Below are positions 9,802-19,900 of a stretch of 64,000 nt of DNA, one piece after another. A model generated the notes under the pieces. It did not search any database, was not told the origin of the DNA, and saw nothing but the letters and a program-made list of their open reading frames with translations. Both the position numbers and the translations under genes were made by a program. The DNA comes from a virus (taxonomy: Duplodnaviria; Caudoviricetes), in IMG/VR virus record IMGVR_UViG_3300028833_000112, positions 1-64,000 of that record. One strand, given 5' to 3'. Numbering within the stretch: the stretch's first letter is position 1; each line of letters starts with the position of its first letter.

Positions 9802-11170
9802 CGTTTTAACTTTGGCTGAAGGTTTGGGCTTGAATGCGGCGCAACTTGCACAGCTCGAAGAAAATTTGGCGGCTCTCAAAGTCAATACTTTGCTGGCACT
9901 CGACAGCGACGTCGCCCGCGCCAAAGCGGGAGCCCGAATCACGAGCGCGGGCTTGGACATCATCGCGCAAGGCAACGCCGGGGCTCAAATCAAATATAAA
10001 TCTGTTTGGATTGGTGACGCCGTTAAGAACGGGGAAATTGTCACGCCGAGTGACGAAGAAATTTTGTCCATGACAAATTTGGTTCACCCGATTTTGAAAG
10101 CGAACATGGCGGGAGCCGTGCACACCGGCGGCGGAACTTTTACGATTAAATTTATCGTCGACAACTCAACTTATGAGCAGGGTTTTTGGCTGAGAGAAAT
10201 CGGGCTCTTCGCGACCGACCCTGCCACGGGTGTTGATAAACTTTACTGCTACAAAAATGACGGCAAGCTTGCGACGTACATTCCACCCAATGATGGAGCC
10301 GTTGCAAAAAAATTGGTTATCTCACTCGTGACCGTCGTCGACCAAGCAAGCAATGTCACCGCGATTATCGACGCGAAATATCTTTACGTCAATGCGGAGG
10401 AGTTCAACGCGCATGAAGTTTCCACGAATCCTCATCCCGAATTTTTACAAAAGCGCGGTGAGCTCACGGCCTCAAGTTTTTATTGGGCGGCGGGCGACGA
10501 CAATCACTTGCACCCGATAAGCAAATCGAATTTGCAACTTGATATTCTCGGTGACAGCGTTTATGAATTGCCGAATTTAAGCTCGCGAATCGGGCAGACC
10601 GAAATGAATCTTGCAAATCTCTACGCCCAACTCAAAGCCGAATCGGAGATTGGGCTTGCCGCAAATCTTTTACTCTTTGAAGACTTCACGGATTACAGTT
10701 GCATTGATACATTCACCGCGGATGTCCCGATTCAAGTGCGTGACGTTCAAAATTTGTACGTCTCATCATTCGCGGGCATTCAAGAGGGCAGCTGGTACAC
10801 GGTCAGCGACGGCTTGCACAGCCAAACGCTCCAAGTCAAAGCTTTGGCGAGCAACGGTGACAACAAAGCCGTTATCTTCACAGAAAATTTGCTGACCAAT
10901 TTTGATTTAAGTAAGACGAAACTTTATCGCACGACGTGCTCAATGTCCGCGGGGCAAATTACGAGTTCGGGCGGAGAAAAAACTCGCCGCTATGATTTTT
11001 CGACTGACGAATGGACAGGCGAGGCGGCAGGCGTTCCTCAAACTTTAACGACTGCCATAACCGAAACCAGTCAAAATTATTCCAAAGGCGCGGGCAAGAA
11101 CGGCAAATACGCTGACTTCACTTTGGACGGCGAATTTACTTTGACCATGTCGAGTTTGATGAGTGCGTAA
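9794..11170 (+). CDS. Tail-collar fibre protein
   Basis: ITSAGL...IGD...GFWLREIGLFATDP...LY..VTVV and HEVSTNPHP motifs typical of fibre N-terminal domains. Confidence 0.85.
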   Translation: MSDVLTLAEGLGLNAAQLAQLEENLAALKVNTLLALDSDVARAKAGARITSAGLDIIAQGNAGAQIKYKSVWIGDAVKNGEIVTPSDEEILSMTNLVHPILKANMAGAVHTGGGTFTIKFIVDNSTYEQGFWLREIGLFATDPATGVDKLYCYKNDGKLATYIPPNDGAVAKKLVISLVTVVDQASNVTAIIDAKYLYVNAEEFNAHEVSTNPHPEFLQKRGELTASSFYWAAGDDNHLHPISKSNLQLDILGDSVYELPNLSSRIGQTEMNLANLYAQLKAESEIGLAANLLLFEDFTDYSCIDTFTADVPIQVRDVQNLYVSSFAGIQEGSWYTVSDGLHSQTLQVKALASNGDNKAVIFTENLLTNFDLSKTKLYRTTCSMSAGQITSSGGEKTRRYDFSTDEWTGEAAGVPQTLTTAITETSQNYSKGAGKNGKYADFTLDGEFTLTMSSLMSA

Positions 11171-11186
11171 GGTAAGGAGTGAGAAC

Positions 11187-13436
11187 ATGGCATTTAATAT
11201 CGGGAAAGCAAATCCGTTTTCGGGCAACGGCGGTTACGGCTTGGGCGATTACGGCGGCTTGCACCCTCAGGGGAGCGGACGAATTATTAACAGCTATGCG
11301 CAAATAACGAACATTACCGCAAGCACGCCCGATAATTTTAATAAAGTCACAATCGGAGCCACGTACTTAACTACAAATGAAAAATGGCCTGCTCCTTTTG
11401 CCGCGAACACTGAAGTTTTGGTTCACGTCGCGGCCATTAATAAATCGGGCGTTGCTGAAGATGTTCGCCGCGGACGCTGGCAGGTGTGCAGAATAACCGA
11501 GCGAAGTTCGACCACTACAAGCAACGGCTTGGTGCTCACGCTCAATAAAAATCTCAAAAAAGTTTTTCTCGACAGCGGCAACGGATTCGAAGGTTTGTAC
11601 ATTCAGCTGGTGTCCATCCCAAATTTCAAGGACGTCATTCTCGACAGCGGTTGTTCAATTACTTGCCCTGTATTTTCTGCGGGCAACGGTTACGGCGGAG
11701 TCGTGGCGTTCAAAAGCTCAGGCACTTTGACATTTAACGGCGGGCATATCGACGTGGCGGAGAAAGGCATACAAAGTTCGGACGCGACAGCTTTGTGGAG
11801 CAACTCACGCGTGCCCACAGAGGACTGCACCAACGATATTGTTTACAGATACGTCGGCTGGGAAAATTATCGCGCGGTTTATCATCTGCCGCTTAATTAT
11901 CCCGGCGGTGTCGTCTTTGCTCTGGCGAAAAATATGGTGTGTCACGCCGACAGTCGAATCGGCAATCCGAGCCAAACGGGTGTCGCACGTGAACGCGGTG
12001 CCAATAATAATTTGGCGGGCGGCTCCTCTATCTTGCTCGCCGCGGAAAATATTTCGGGCTGGGCACCTGCCATGCTCGCCAAATATCCTACGTCCAAAAA
12101 CAGTAATTATCGCGGGCTCAATCGTTGTTACGTCGCGACTGAAACCACTTTGCCGACGGATGAAGGGCTTTACGCGCTCGATTGCATTTCGGATACCACG
12201 CGCATGGCGGAAACTTTTAACCTCAGTGATATTCAATTCGGCAGCGGCAAAGACGGCGACCGAACGAATTACACTGACCAGCTCAACAGTTACGCGGCGG
12301 TGACAAATGTAAAAAGCAATAACCAATTTGATATTGACGTGAACAATATAAAAAACGGTGGGCTCGCAACGCTTGAAGTCGGGGCTCTTGTGCTTATTCA
12401 TGCGTCGCCGAAGTCAACTTGGTACAAAGAGACGGGGCGGTGCATGTTCTCCAAAATCACGAACTACGCGAACGGTGTCATTACCATTGAGGACGAATTT
12501 TTAGGCATTGACGGCGCGTCACTCGAAACAAAACATTATTACATTCAAATAATCGCCGTGCCGCAGTTCAATAATTTTACTCTGGCAACAGTAACTTATC
12601 CGGCACCTGCGTTCAGTAATGGTTGCGGGGGCATTGCGGCTATCGCGGTCAGCGGCAACTGCAATTTATCGGGCGGCAAAATCCTTGTTGAGAAGTGCGG
12701 CATTTCAGCGAAAGCTTACGGCTCCAGCGGATTAAACTACGTCGGCAATGCGCAAATGTCTAAACGCCTCCCGCTCGGTCAAGGGCATGGTTCCGTGCTC
12801 ATTCTCGCAAAAAATTTAACAATGAACACGGACACTCGAATCGGCTCAAGTTTTACGGGCAACAATCTTAACGGGTTGAATTTCCGTCAGAGTAATATGG
12901 ACGGCACTGAGGTAACTGCAGGGCAACCGTGGTCGGCAGGAACAATTTTTGATGAGTATATAACGAGCCGCAGTAAAAGCTACTTCGGCTTCGGCGAGGC
13001 AGGCGGCGGCGACCGCGGCGGCAAAATCTATGGTTACACCACAGGCGCAGGAGGTTACGGCTCCAATTCCGCTGCTTCGACCGCCAAAACTGACGTCGGT
13101 TATCAAGGCGCGCACGTCCTCATCATTGCCGACAAAATCACGGGCTTTTGCATTGACGCAATTTCGACAGGCGGTTCAGGCGGCAATACTTATACTTATA
13201 AGTTGGCTACATCTGTTGGCAATCAAGGCTCGGCAGGCTGCGGCGGTGCAAGTTACGGTGGAGCAGGCGCAAGTTATCTAAGTTTCCGAGGCGGCAACGG
13301 CGGTTTCATCGGCGGCGGCGCGGGCTGCGGCACCGATATGGATTACAGTGCAGGCGGAGGCGCGGGCGGCTTCGCGTTCGTCTACTGCAATGAAATTTCC
13401 AAACAAAATACAAACGGCATTTCTCTTGAGCGATAA
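11187..13436 (+). CDS. Gly-rich tail fibre/receptor-binding protein with internal duplication
   Basis: Two homologous halves (NSYA...IQ.V.(I/V)P.F...GG.....SG.....GG.I...AKN......RIG) and Gly-rich C-terminus. Confidence 0.7.
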   Translation: MAFNIGKANPFSGNGGYGLGDYGGLHPQGSGRIINSYAQITNITASTPDNFNKVTIGATYLTTNEKWPAPFAANTEVLVHVAAINKSGVAEDVRRGRWQVCRITERSSTTTSNGLVLTLNKNLKKVFLDSGNGFEGLYIQLVSIPNFKDVILDSGCSITCPVFSAGNGYGGVVAFKSSGTLTFNGGHIDVAEKGIQSSDATALWSNSRVPTEDCTNDIVYRYVGWENYRAVYHLPLNYPGGVVFALAKNMVCHADSRIGNPSQTGVARERGANNNLAGGSSILLAAENISGWAPAMLAKYPTSKNSNYRGLNRCYVATETTLPTDEGLYALDCISDTTRMAETFNLSDIQFGSGKDGDRTNYTDQLNSYAAVTNVKSNNQFDIDVNNIKNGGLATLEVGALVLIHASPKSTWYKETGRCMFSKITNYANGVITIEDEFLGIDGASLETKHYYIQIIAVPQFNNFTLATVTYPAPAFSNGCGGIAAIAVSGNCNLSGGKILVEKCGISAKAYGSSGLNYVGNAQMSKRLPLGQGHGSVLILAKNLTMNTDTRIGSSFTGNNLNGLNFRQSNMDGTEVTAGQPWSAGTIFDEYITSRSKSYFGFGEAGGGDRGGKIYGYTTGAGGYGSNSAASTAKTDVGYQGAHVLIIADKITGFCIDAISTGGSGGNTYTYKLATSVGNQGSAGCGGASYGGAGASYLSFRGGNGGFIGGGAGCGTDMDYSAGGGAGGFAFVYCNEISKQNTNGISLER

Positions 13437-13438
13437 TC

Positions 13439-13469
13439 GGAGGGGCGGGCGACCGTCCCTTTTAATTTT
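13439..13469 (+). terminator. Intrinsic terminator-like hairpin
   Basis: AGGGGCGG-GCGA-CCGTCCCT followed by TTTAATTTT. Confidence 0.7.
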
Positions 13470-13495
13470 CCTTTTCATAAGAGGAGGCACGGGGG
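13467..13495. repeat. 29-bp inverted repeat, left arm
   Basis: TTTCCTTTTCATAAGAGGAGGCACGGGGG; exact reverse complement of 14784-14812. Confidence 0.97.
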
Positions 13496-13518
13496 CTCTT
13501 CCGAAAGGAGATTACATT

Positions 13519-13737
13519 ATGGCTTACGTTTTTAACATCAAGCAGTGCGCCACGCTCAAAGGTAAGTCCGCTTACGGCGAATCGCTTACTCTTCCCGGCG
13601 TGACCACCGCGAACATCACGCCTCAGCAAGCCGCCGAGCAAGCCAACAAAATTCTTGCCATTGGCGGCAAAACTATCCTCGCGGACAGAACCATGACCCG
13701 CGTGCAGACGGAGGAGGTCATTGGCGATGGCGAATAA
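13519..13737 (+). CDS. Small cassette protein 1 (72 aa; weak DUF1659/DUF2922-like pattern)
   Basis: AAAGGAG RBS; ESLTLPGVTTANITPQQAAEQANKIL...MTRVQTEEV. Confidence 0.7.
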   Translation: MAYVFNIKQCATLKGKSAYGESLTLPGVTTANITPQQAAEQANKILAIGGKTILADRTMTRVQTEEVIGDGE

Positions 13738-14011
13738 TTCTATCAAACTCACGCTCGGCTACGAGGGCACGGACTTCACGCGCAACCTCACTATCGGCGG
13801 CGTGGCTGATTCTGTCGTCAGCGGCGTGAAAGCTAACATCAAAGCCCTGAATGCGTCCATTGTGGGCGGCACCGACGGCGGGCTTTCTACTTTCTTCCGC
13901 GCCGACGATTACGACGAGACCGAGGGCATTGGTACCTTTTCGGGTATCACCGCCGCGACAATCGTCACGACCGAAACCACGCACATTAATCTGGACGAGG
14001 AGGGTGAATAA
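13727..14011 (+). CDS. Small cassette protein 2 (DUF2922-like)
   Basis: GGAGGAGG RBS; IKLTLGYEGTDFTRNLTI...ITAATIVTTETTHI. Confidence 0.7.
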   Translation: MANNSIKLTLGYEGTDFTRNLTIGGVADSVVSGVKANIKALNASIVGGTDGGLSTFFRADDYDETEGIGTFSGITAATIVTTETTHINLDEEGE

Positions 14012-14517
14012 TGGCTACGAAAACTTCACTCGTCATCAACGCGGTCAATGATGGCAAACAAATTCAAAAGACTTTGACCGACATCAACCCCACGGCGGAC
14101 AACGGCGCGCTCAAAGTTTGGGGGCAAATGCTCAACGGGCTCACGACCAACACTTACGTCAAAACCGACCGCATTGACAAAACCAACTGCGACACCTACG
14201 AAACGAAACTCACACCGAACGTCGCGCTCGACCCCGCCGCCGCTGCGCTCACTCGCTCCGCTTGCCTTGTAGGTGCCAGCCCGCTAATCAACATTACCAC
14301 CGACGGCGAACTTTCCATTGTCAACAACGACAATACGACTTGGTGCACGACATTGCGCCTCGGTGCAGATACCGGCAGATATCGTCTCTATATCGGCGTT
14401 ATCAATGAGGCTACAGTAGCCAATGCCACGGCTCCTCATGATATCGTGATTCGTACCACTGAAACCGATAACTACTACGCGGGCGAATTCATTATCACGA
14501 TTAACCCCGATTCCTAA
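14011..14517 (+). CDS. Cassette protein 3: DUF1659-like domain plus C-terminal beta-rich domain
   Basis: TSLVI...DGKQIQKTLTDINPTADNGALKVWGQMLNGLTTNTYVKTDRIDKT resembles the DUF1659 pattern. Confidence 0.7.
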   Translation: MATKTSLVINAVNDGKQIQKTLTDINPTADNGALKVWGQMLNGLTTNTYVKTDRIDKTNCDTYETKLTPNVALDPAAAALTRSACLVGASPLINITTDGELSIVNNDNTTWCTTLRLGADTGRYRLYIGVINEATVANATAPHDIVIRTTETDNYYAGEFIITINPDS

Positions 14518-14530
14518 GGAGGTATGAATC

Positions 14531-14776
14531 ATGGCTGACGTTATCAAAACTCGCGGCGTGCTCCAGTTGGTTGCCGAGTTCACGGACGGCGACGACCGCA
14601 CAATTACTTTGGACAACCCCAAGACTTCACTCACCGCGTCCGCAATTAATTCCGCTTCCGCTTACGCCAAGGCTAACAACCTGATTGTCGGCGATAAGGC
14701 TTCGGCGGGGTTCACGCGTTTCAAGTCGGCAAAGAAGGTTGCGACCACCACTCGTTACCTTGACTTGACCGACTAA
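14531..14776 (+). CDS. Cassette protein 4 (DUF2922-like)
   Basis: LQLVAEFTDGDDRTITLDNPKTSLTASAI...KSAKKVATT resembles the DUF2922 pattern; AAGGAGG RBS. Confidence 0.75.
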   Translation: MADVIKTRGVLQLVAEFTDGDDRTITLDNPKTSLTASAINSASAYAKANNLIVGDKASAGFTRFKSAKKVATTTRYLDLTD

Positions 14777-14783
14777 ACTTTTT

Positions 14784-14812
14784 CCCCCGTGCCTCCTCTT
14801 ATGAAAAGGAAA
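14784..14812. repeat. 29-bp inverted repeat, right arm
   Basis: CCCCCGTGCCTCCTCTTATGAAAAGGAAA. Confidence 0.97.
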
Positions 14813-14823
14813 GGAATGATTTT

Positions 14824-16800
14824 ATGGCTAAAATGCTCGCTTCTCATTCAATGCGTTTCGGCACAGATAATTTCGGCTGGAAAACGGATGCCTCTACAGG
14901 AGCTATTGGAAATTCAACTATCACGGGCGGCGGCTCGAAAAGCACAATTACATCCGATAACGGCACAACTACCATTGCCGACAGCTCGACGTTTACCTTG
15001 AGCACGGGCGGCGGCGGCAGCATTACCGTGACGGATAACGGCAGTGGAACCGTGACAATATCGGGCGGCGGTTCTGAAACGATTGAGGCTTCGGGCGGCA
15101 ACACCGATTATCAATCCATTCAAGACTCTGCCGGGAAAAATATTTTAGTCCAAGGCGCGGGCGGCAGAAATGTTGCCATTTATGTTGTTTTGCCCACAGT
15201 CGACGATGATGGCGACATGATTGACGAAACCGACGGCACGACCAGCTCAAACGGCTCGGCAGTGACCGCGACTTTTTTGAAAACTGCTTTGCTTAAAGGG
15301 ACACATGTCTGGCTCTGCAAAAATAAATCCGCTGTTTTGGGCTTTGACATCAAAGGGCAAAATTATAATTACAACAGCGATGAAATTAAATGCCGATTTG
15401 TTTTCAGGCACAGCGGTGACAGCAGCAAATATTATACTCTTCGCGCTGAGCAAAACCCCGACACAGGGAAAATTGAAGGTAAGCTTTGTGAGTTCAATTA
15501 TCCGATGGGCAATGACACCGACCGCCTCAAAAGTATTTTGGAGCACGGCAATCACGTCGGCGATATTTATACCATTGAAAGTATCCCCGAATTCGTCGGA
15601 TATAATATCTCACCGTTTTACGCGTTGCAGGCTCCATCTAATTCGGTCGTCGTTCCGTCCATTCGACTCGATTTAAAAACCGAAGTGGCGACCAACAACA
15701 ACGTCAAAGTTGTCGAGACCGAAATTTATCCGCTGGCTGTGAGCGGTACTGCGCCCATTGTCACTGACGTCATTATAGATGATGTCAGCGAAAACAATGC
15801 CTCCGTTACCGTGCTCGCACAAACTTTTGATTTGGAAGGTAACGGCTCAGGTTGGAAGTCCATTGACAGTATCATTAACTCTGAAGCTTATTCAATTCAA
15901 TTCCAAATTACCTACAACGTGACTGCCATTAACGGCGACAACATTGCCAAGCTCAATTCGATTTGCGTCAAACACACTTACGGCGAAATTCTTGTCAAGG
16001 GCATGACGTCTGACCTGTACACCGTCGCCAATGATTATGAAGTCCCGTTGCAAATGTGTTATGTGGTTGTTCGCCACGACCGCATTAATGAAGATTCGGA
16101 GATTGAAGCTTACGTGAACTTTATGCGCCCGACTAAACGCAGAGAAATGCTAAATGTGGGTTCGGGCACGGGCGAGCCGCAAGAAATTATCCTTGGCAAA
16201 AACAAAGTTGCCGACCCGAATATTGTCGCTTCCTCCTTGCGGCTTTACGCGACGCGCGCCAGAACCGACGACCCGATTCTTTTGCGCGACGACCAATATT
16301 CTTTCAGCAGCGACACCGGCGTCGTTACCACTACCATATCAAAGAACGTGCCCATTTATGCCAGCTATGATTACGACCATGACGCAGAAGATTGGTTGCC
16401 GATGACTAAAGAAACCACTCAGCCGCTCAATGACGCGGACGGGCGTTATTCCACTCGATTCACTTATGCTTTGCCTGACGCTCAAGCTCAAGGCAAAACC
16501 AAATCGAGTGTGCTCATCCGCTTGAAGCGCAAAACGGGCACCGTCACGAAAAAAACTTTGGGCACGGGCAACACTCACCGTCAAGTTTTCTTGCTCGACC
16601 ACGTCCCCGATGTCAGCACGATTAAATTCGTCAACGAGCTCACCGACAATGAAGATTCTTCAAATCGCTGGAGCTATGACGAAAATTTGAAGACTCTCTC
16701 TGTGTGGGCGGACAAGGGCAAAACCATTATCGTCAGCTACAGCTGGCAGGGCGAAGAATTTAATATTTATTCGGTCGCGTGCGGCTGGAGTATTGCTTAA
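14824..16800 (+). CDS. Tail/structural beta-rich protein
   Basis: 658 aa in the fibre block; Gly/Thr-rich N-terminus; repeated G.G.G..Q...L...SYD.....L..... modules. Confidence 0.65.
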   Translation: MAKMLASHSMRFGTDNFGWKTDASTGAIGNSTITGGGSKSTITSDNGTTTIADSSTFTLSTGGGGSITVTDNGSGTVTISGGGSETIEASGGNTDYQSIQDSAGKNILVQGAGGRNVAIYVVLPTVDDDGDMIDETDGTTSSNGSAVTATFLKTALLKGTHVWLCKNKSAVLGFDIKGQNYNYNSDEIKCRFVFRHSGDSSKYYTLRAEQNPDTGKIEGKLCEFNYPMGNDTDRLKSILEHGNHVGDIYTIESIPEFVGYNISPFYALQAPSNSVVVPSIRLDLKTEVATNNNVKVVETEIYPLAVSGTAPIVTDVIIDDVSENNASVTVLAQTFDLEGNGSGWKSIDSIINSEAYSIQFQITYNVTAINGDNIAKLNSICVKHTYGEILVKGMTSDLYTVANDYEVPLQMCYVVVRHDRINEDSEIEAYVNFMRPTKRREMLNVGSGTGEPQEIILGKNKVADPNIVASSLRLYATRARTDDPILLRDDQYSFSSDTGVVTTTISKNVPIYASYDYDHDAEDWLPMTKETTQPLNDADGRYSTRFTYALPDAQAQGKTKSSVLIRLKRKTGTVTKKTLGTGNTHRQVFLLDHVPDVSTIKFVNELTDNEDSSNRWSYDENLKTLSVWADKGKTIIVSYSWQGEEFNIYSVACGWSIA

Positions 16801-16813
16801 GGAGGCGAACACA

Positions 16814-16966
16814 ATGCCGGTTATCCGTAAACCACTCACCGAGGAGCAAAAGGAAATCCTCAGAAAAAAAGAAAAGCCGTCCGCTGAGGACGTGCAACAG
16901 GCTCAAGACCAATTGTTCATGTACTTGCTGAATAAAGTTGCCGAGCTGGAGGCGAAGCAGCCATGA
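16814..16966 (+). CDS. Small hypothetical protein (50 aa)
   Basis: AAGGAGG RBS; MPVIRKPLTEEQKEIL...KVAELEAKQP; ATGA overlap with next gene. Confidence 0.65.
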   Translation: MPVIRKPLTEEQKEILRKKEKPSAEDVQQAQDQLFMYLLNKVAELEAKQP

Positions 16967-19900
16967 AGCATTATTATCCTTACGCGCCGAACGCGCCGAC
17001 ACCGATTTACGGCGAAGAGCACGTCATTGAGAACGGGCAAATCCTCCTGAATCATATTCCGTTGGCTGACTCGATTGAAATTGAAGGATTCAGGCAAACC
17101 AATTCGGCCGTTCTCGTCGCGAATCAATTTTATTGCGCTTACGGCTCCGAATATTATTATCGCGAGGCAAATTGCATTGTTCGATTCAACGAGCTGCATA
17201 ACGGCGAAACTGTCCGCGTCAAATATCAGCAGGTCGGCACGATTATCACCGCCAATGACATGAACGAAATTAAAGCGCATTTGGAGAGCAGCGACCTGCA
17301 TTCAAGTTTTGTTTTGCCTGCCGCTTCCGCTGAAACGCGCGGCGGAATTCGTGTCGGGCGCGGGCTGAATGTCAGCGACGACGTTCTTTCTGTCGACGAA
17401 GAAATTTCTGCCATTACTCCTGCCACGCGCGACTCACTTGGCGGAATCATGGTCGGCAGTCGTTTGTCAATTACGGATGAGGGTGTACTTTCCGCGGACA
17501 CAATACCCACGGCAACCAACATTCGGCTCGGCGGCGTGGTCGTCGAATCGGACGCAAATATTGCTCGAACGATTGAAAGATATTTTCCCGCGAGCGGGGA
17601 AACTTTGCCCGTTCACACTCAGGCAATCGCCACGCGTAATTCTCTCGGCGTTGTAAAAATCGGCGACGGTCTTTCAATCACCGAAGAAGGTTTACTCACG
17701 GCTGACGCTCAAGATTTTACACTTACCCCGGCGTCGGCTGATTCGCTCGGCGGAGTAAAAATTGGCAGCGGCTTGTCAATCGACGCGAACGGAGTTTTGT
17801 CCGCTGACGCTCAAGATTTTACGTTGACTGCAGCCACGGCTGATTCATTGGGCGGTGTCAAAGTTGGTTCACGTCTCTCGATTGACTCGAACGGAGTTTT
17901 GTCCGCGGACGCGTTGCAAAGCGCAAGCACTTCGCGGCTTGGTGGAGTTGTCGTCGAATCCGACGCGAACATTGCCCGAACGATTGAGCGTTATTTCCCG
18001 TCGGTCACGGCTGATTCAGAAATTTTGCCCGTGCTCTCCTCAATCCCTGCTGCAACTCGTGAATCAATCGGCGGAGTGATTATCGGCAACGGGCTTTCGA
18101 TTACTGAGGACGGATTACTTTCAGCTGACGCTCAAAATTTTACGTTGACTGCGGCCACGGCCGAATCTCTAGGCGGGATTAAGGTCGGCAACTCACTGAC
18201 AATCACGAACGGCGTTTTGAATTATAATCTGCCGAACGCGAGCACCGTAACCAAGGGCGGCGTTGTTTACGCGGCGGACAATGATATCGCAAACACAATC
18301 GAAAGATATTTCCCGTCGGTTACGGCTGACACAGAAATTATCCCGGCGTTGACTTCGATTCCCGTTGCCACGGCTGAATCACTCGGCGGAGTAAAAATCG
18401 GCAACGGCTTATCGATTACCGAGGACGGATTACTTTCGGCGGACGCTCAAAATTTTACGCTCACTCCTGCCACGCGTGATTCGTTGGGCGGTGTGAAAAT
18501 CGGCGCGCGCCTCTCGATTGATTCACTCGGCGTCCTTTCGGCGGACACGGTTCAAACTTACACATTGACTGCCGCAACCTCTGATTCATTGGGCGGCGTC
18601 TTCGTTGAGTCTGACGAAAATATTTCGCGCACGATTCAAAAATATTTCCCGACGGTCAGCGCGGATGAAATTATTCCTGTGCTCACGTCGATTCCTGTTG
18701 CCACAAACGAATCTCTCGGCGGAGTTATCATCGGCGACGGCTTGACGATTTCGGAGAACGGAATTTTATCAGCCGAAGCTCAAACGTTCACGCTCACGCC
18801 CGCAACTCATGACTCGCTTGGCGGGATAAAAGTTGGCGACGGCTTGTCAATTACGGGCGGCGGTGTCCTCACGGCTCTTGCGCAAGATTTTACATTGACC
18901 GCAGCGACCACAAGTTCTCTCGGCGGAGTGAAGATTGAATCGGATGAGAACGTCGCCACCATGATTGAAAATTATTTCCCAAGTGATTGGGAATTTGTCC
19001 CGGCGTTGACGTCGATTCCGCCCGCAACACATGAATCACTCGGCGGGGTTATCGTCGGCGACGGCTTATCAATCACGGACGGCGGTTTGCTTACGGTTGA
19101 TTCGGTTGCGCCTTACACTTTGCCCGCCGCGTCCGCTGACTCTTTGGGCGGAGTAAAAATCGGTACGAGCTTGACTTTCGTCAACAGCGTGCTCGATTAC
19201 AATTTGCCTGTCGCCTCTTCGACCACACGTGGCGGAATTAAAATCGGACGCGGGCTCACGATGACGGGCGAAATTCTTTCAGCCGATGCGCAAGACTTCA
19301 CGTTGACTGCGGCGACCACTGATTCACTCGGAGGAGTGAAGATTGCCGGCGACGCAGAAATTGCCGCCATGATTGAAGAATATTTCCCGACGGTCAGCGG
19401 CGAAACGATTGCTCCGCTGTATTCGATTCCTGCCGCAACTTATGATTCGCTTGGAGGGATTATTCCCGGTGTCACCATGTCCATCAAAGACGGCGTGCTC
19501 GATTACTATCTGCCCACGGCAAGTTCAACTCAGCTCGGTGGCGTGAAAATCGGGCGCGGGCTCACGATAACGGACGGATTACTTTCAGCCGACGCACAAG
19601 ATTTTACGCTCAAGCCCGCGACCACAAGTCAACTCGGCGGAGTAAAAATCGGCGCGCGGCTTTCAATCACCGCAGACGGAATTTTATCCGCCGATTCGGT
19701 TGCGCCCTACACACTGCCCGCCGCCAGCGACGAAGAAATTTCTTCCATGATTGAAGAACATTTTCCCGAATCGCTGACGCCTGAGCCGTTTACATTGCCC
19801 GCCGCCACGAGGACTTCACTCGGCGGGATTATCGTCGGCGACCGCTTGACGATTTCAAATTCGGGCGTCCTCTCCGCGAATGTGCAGTCTTACACCTTGC

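Noticed and set aside
13467-14812. Insertion sequence or MITE
   Set aside because: No transposase or apparent target duplication; cargo genes are co-oriented and related to a baseplate domain
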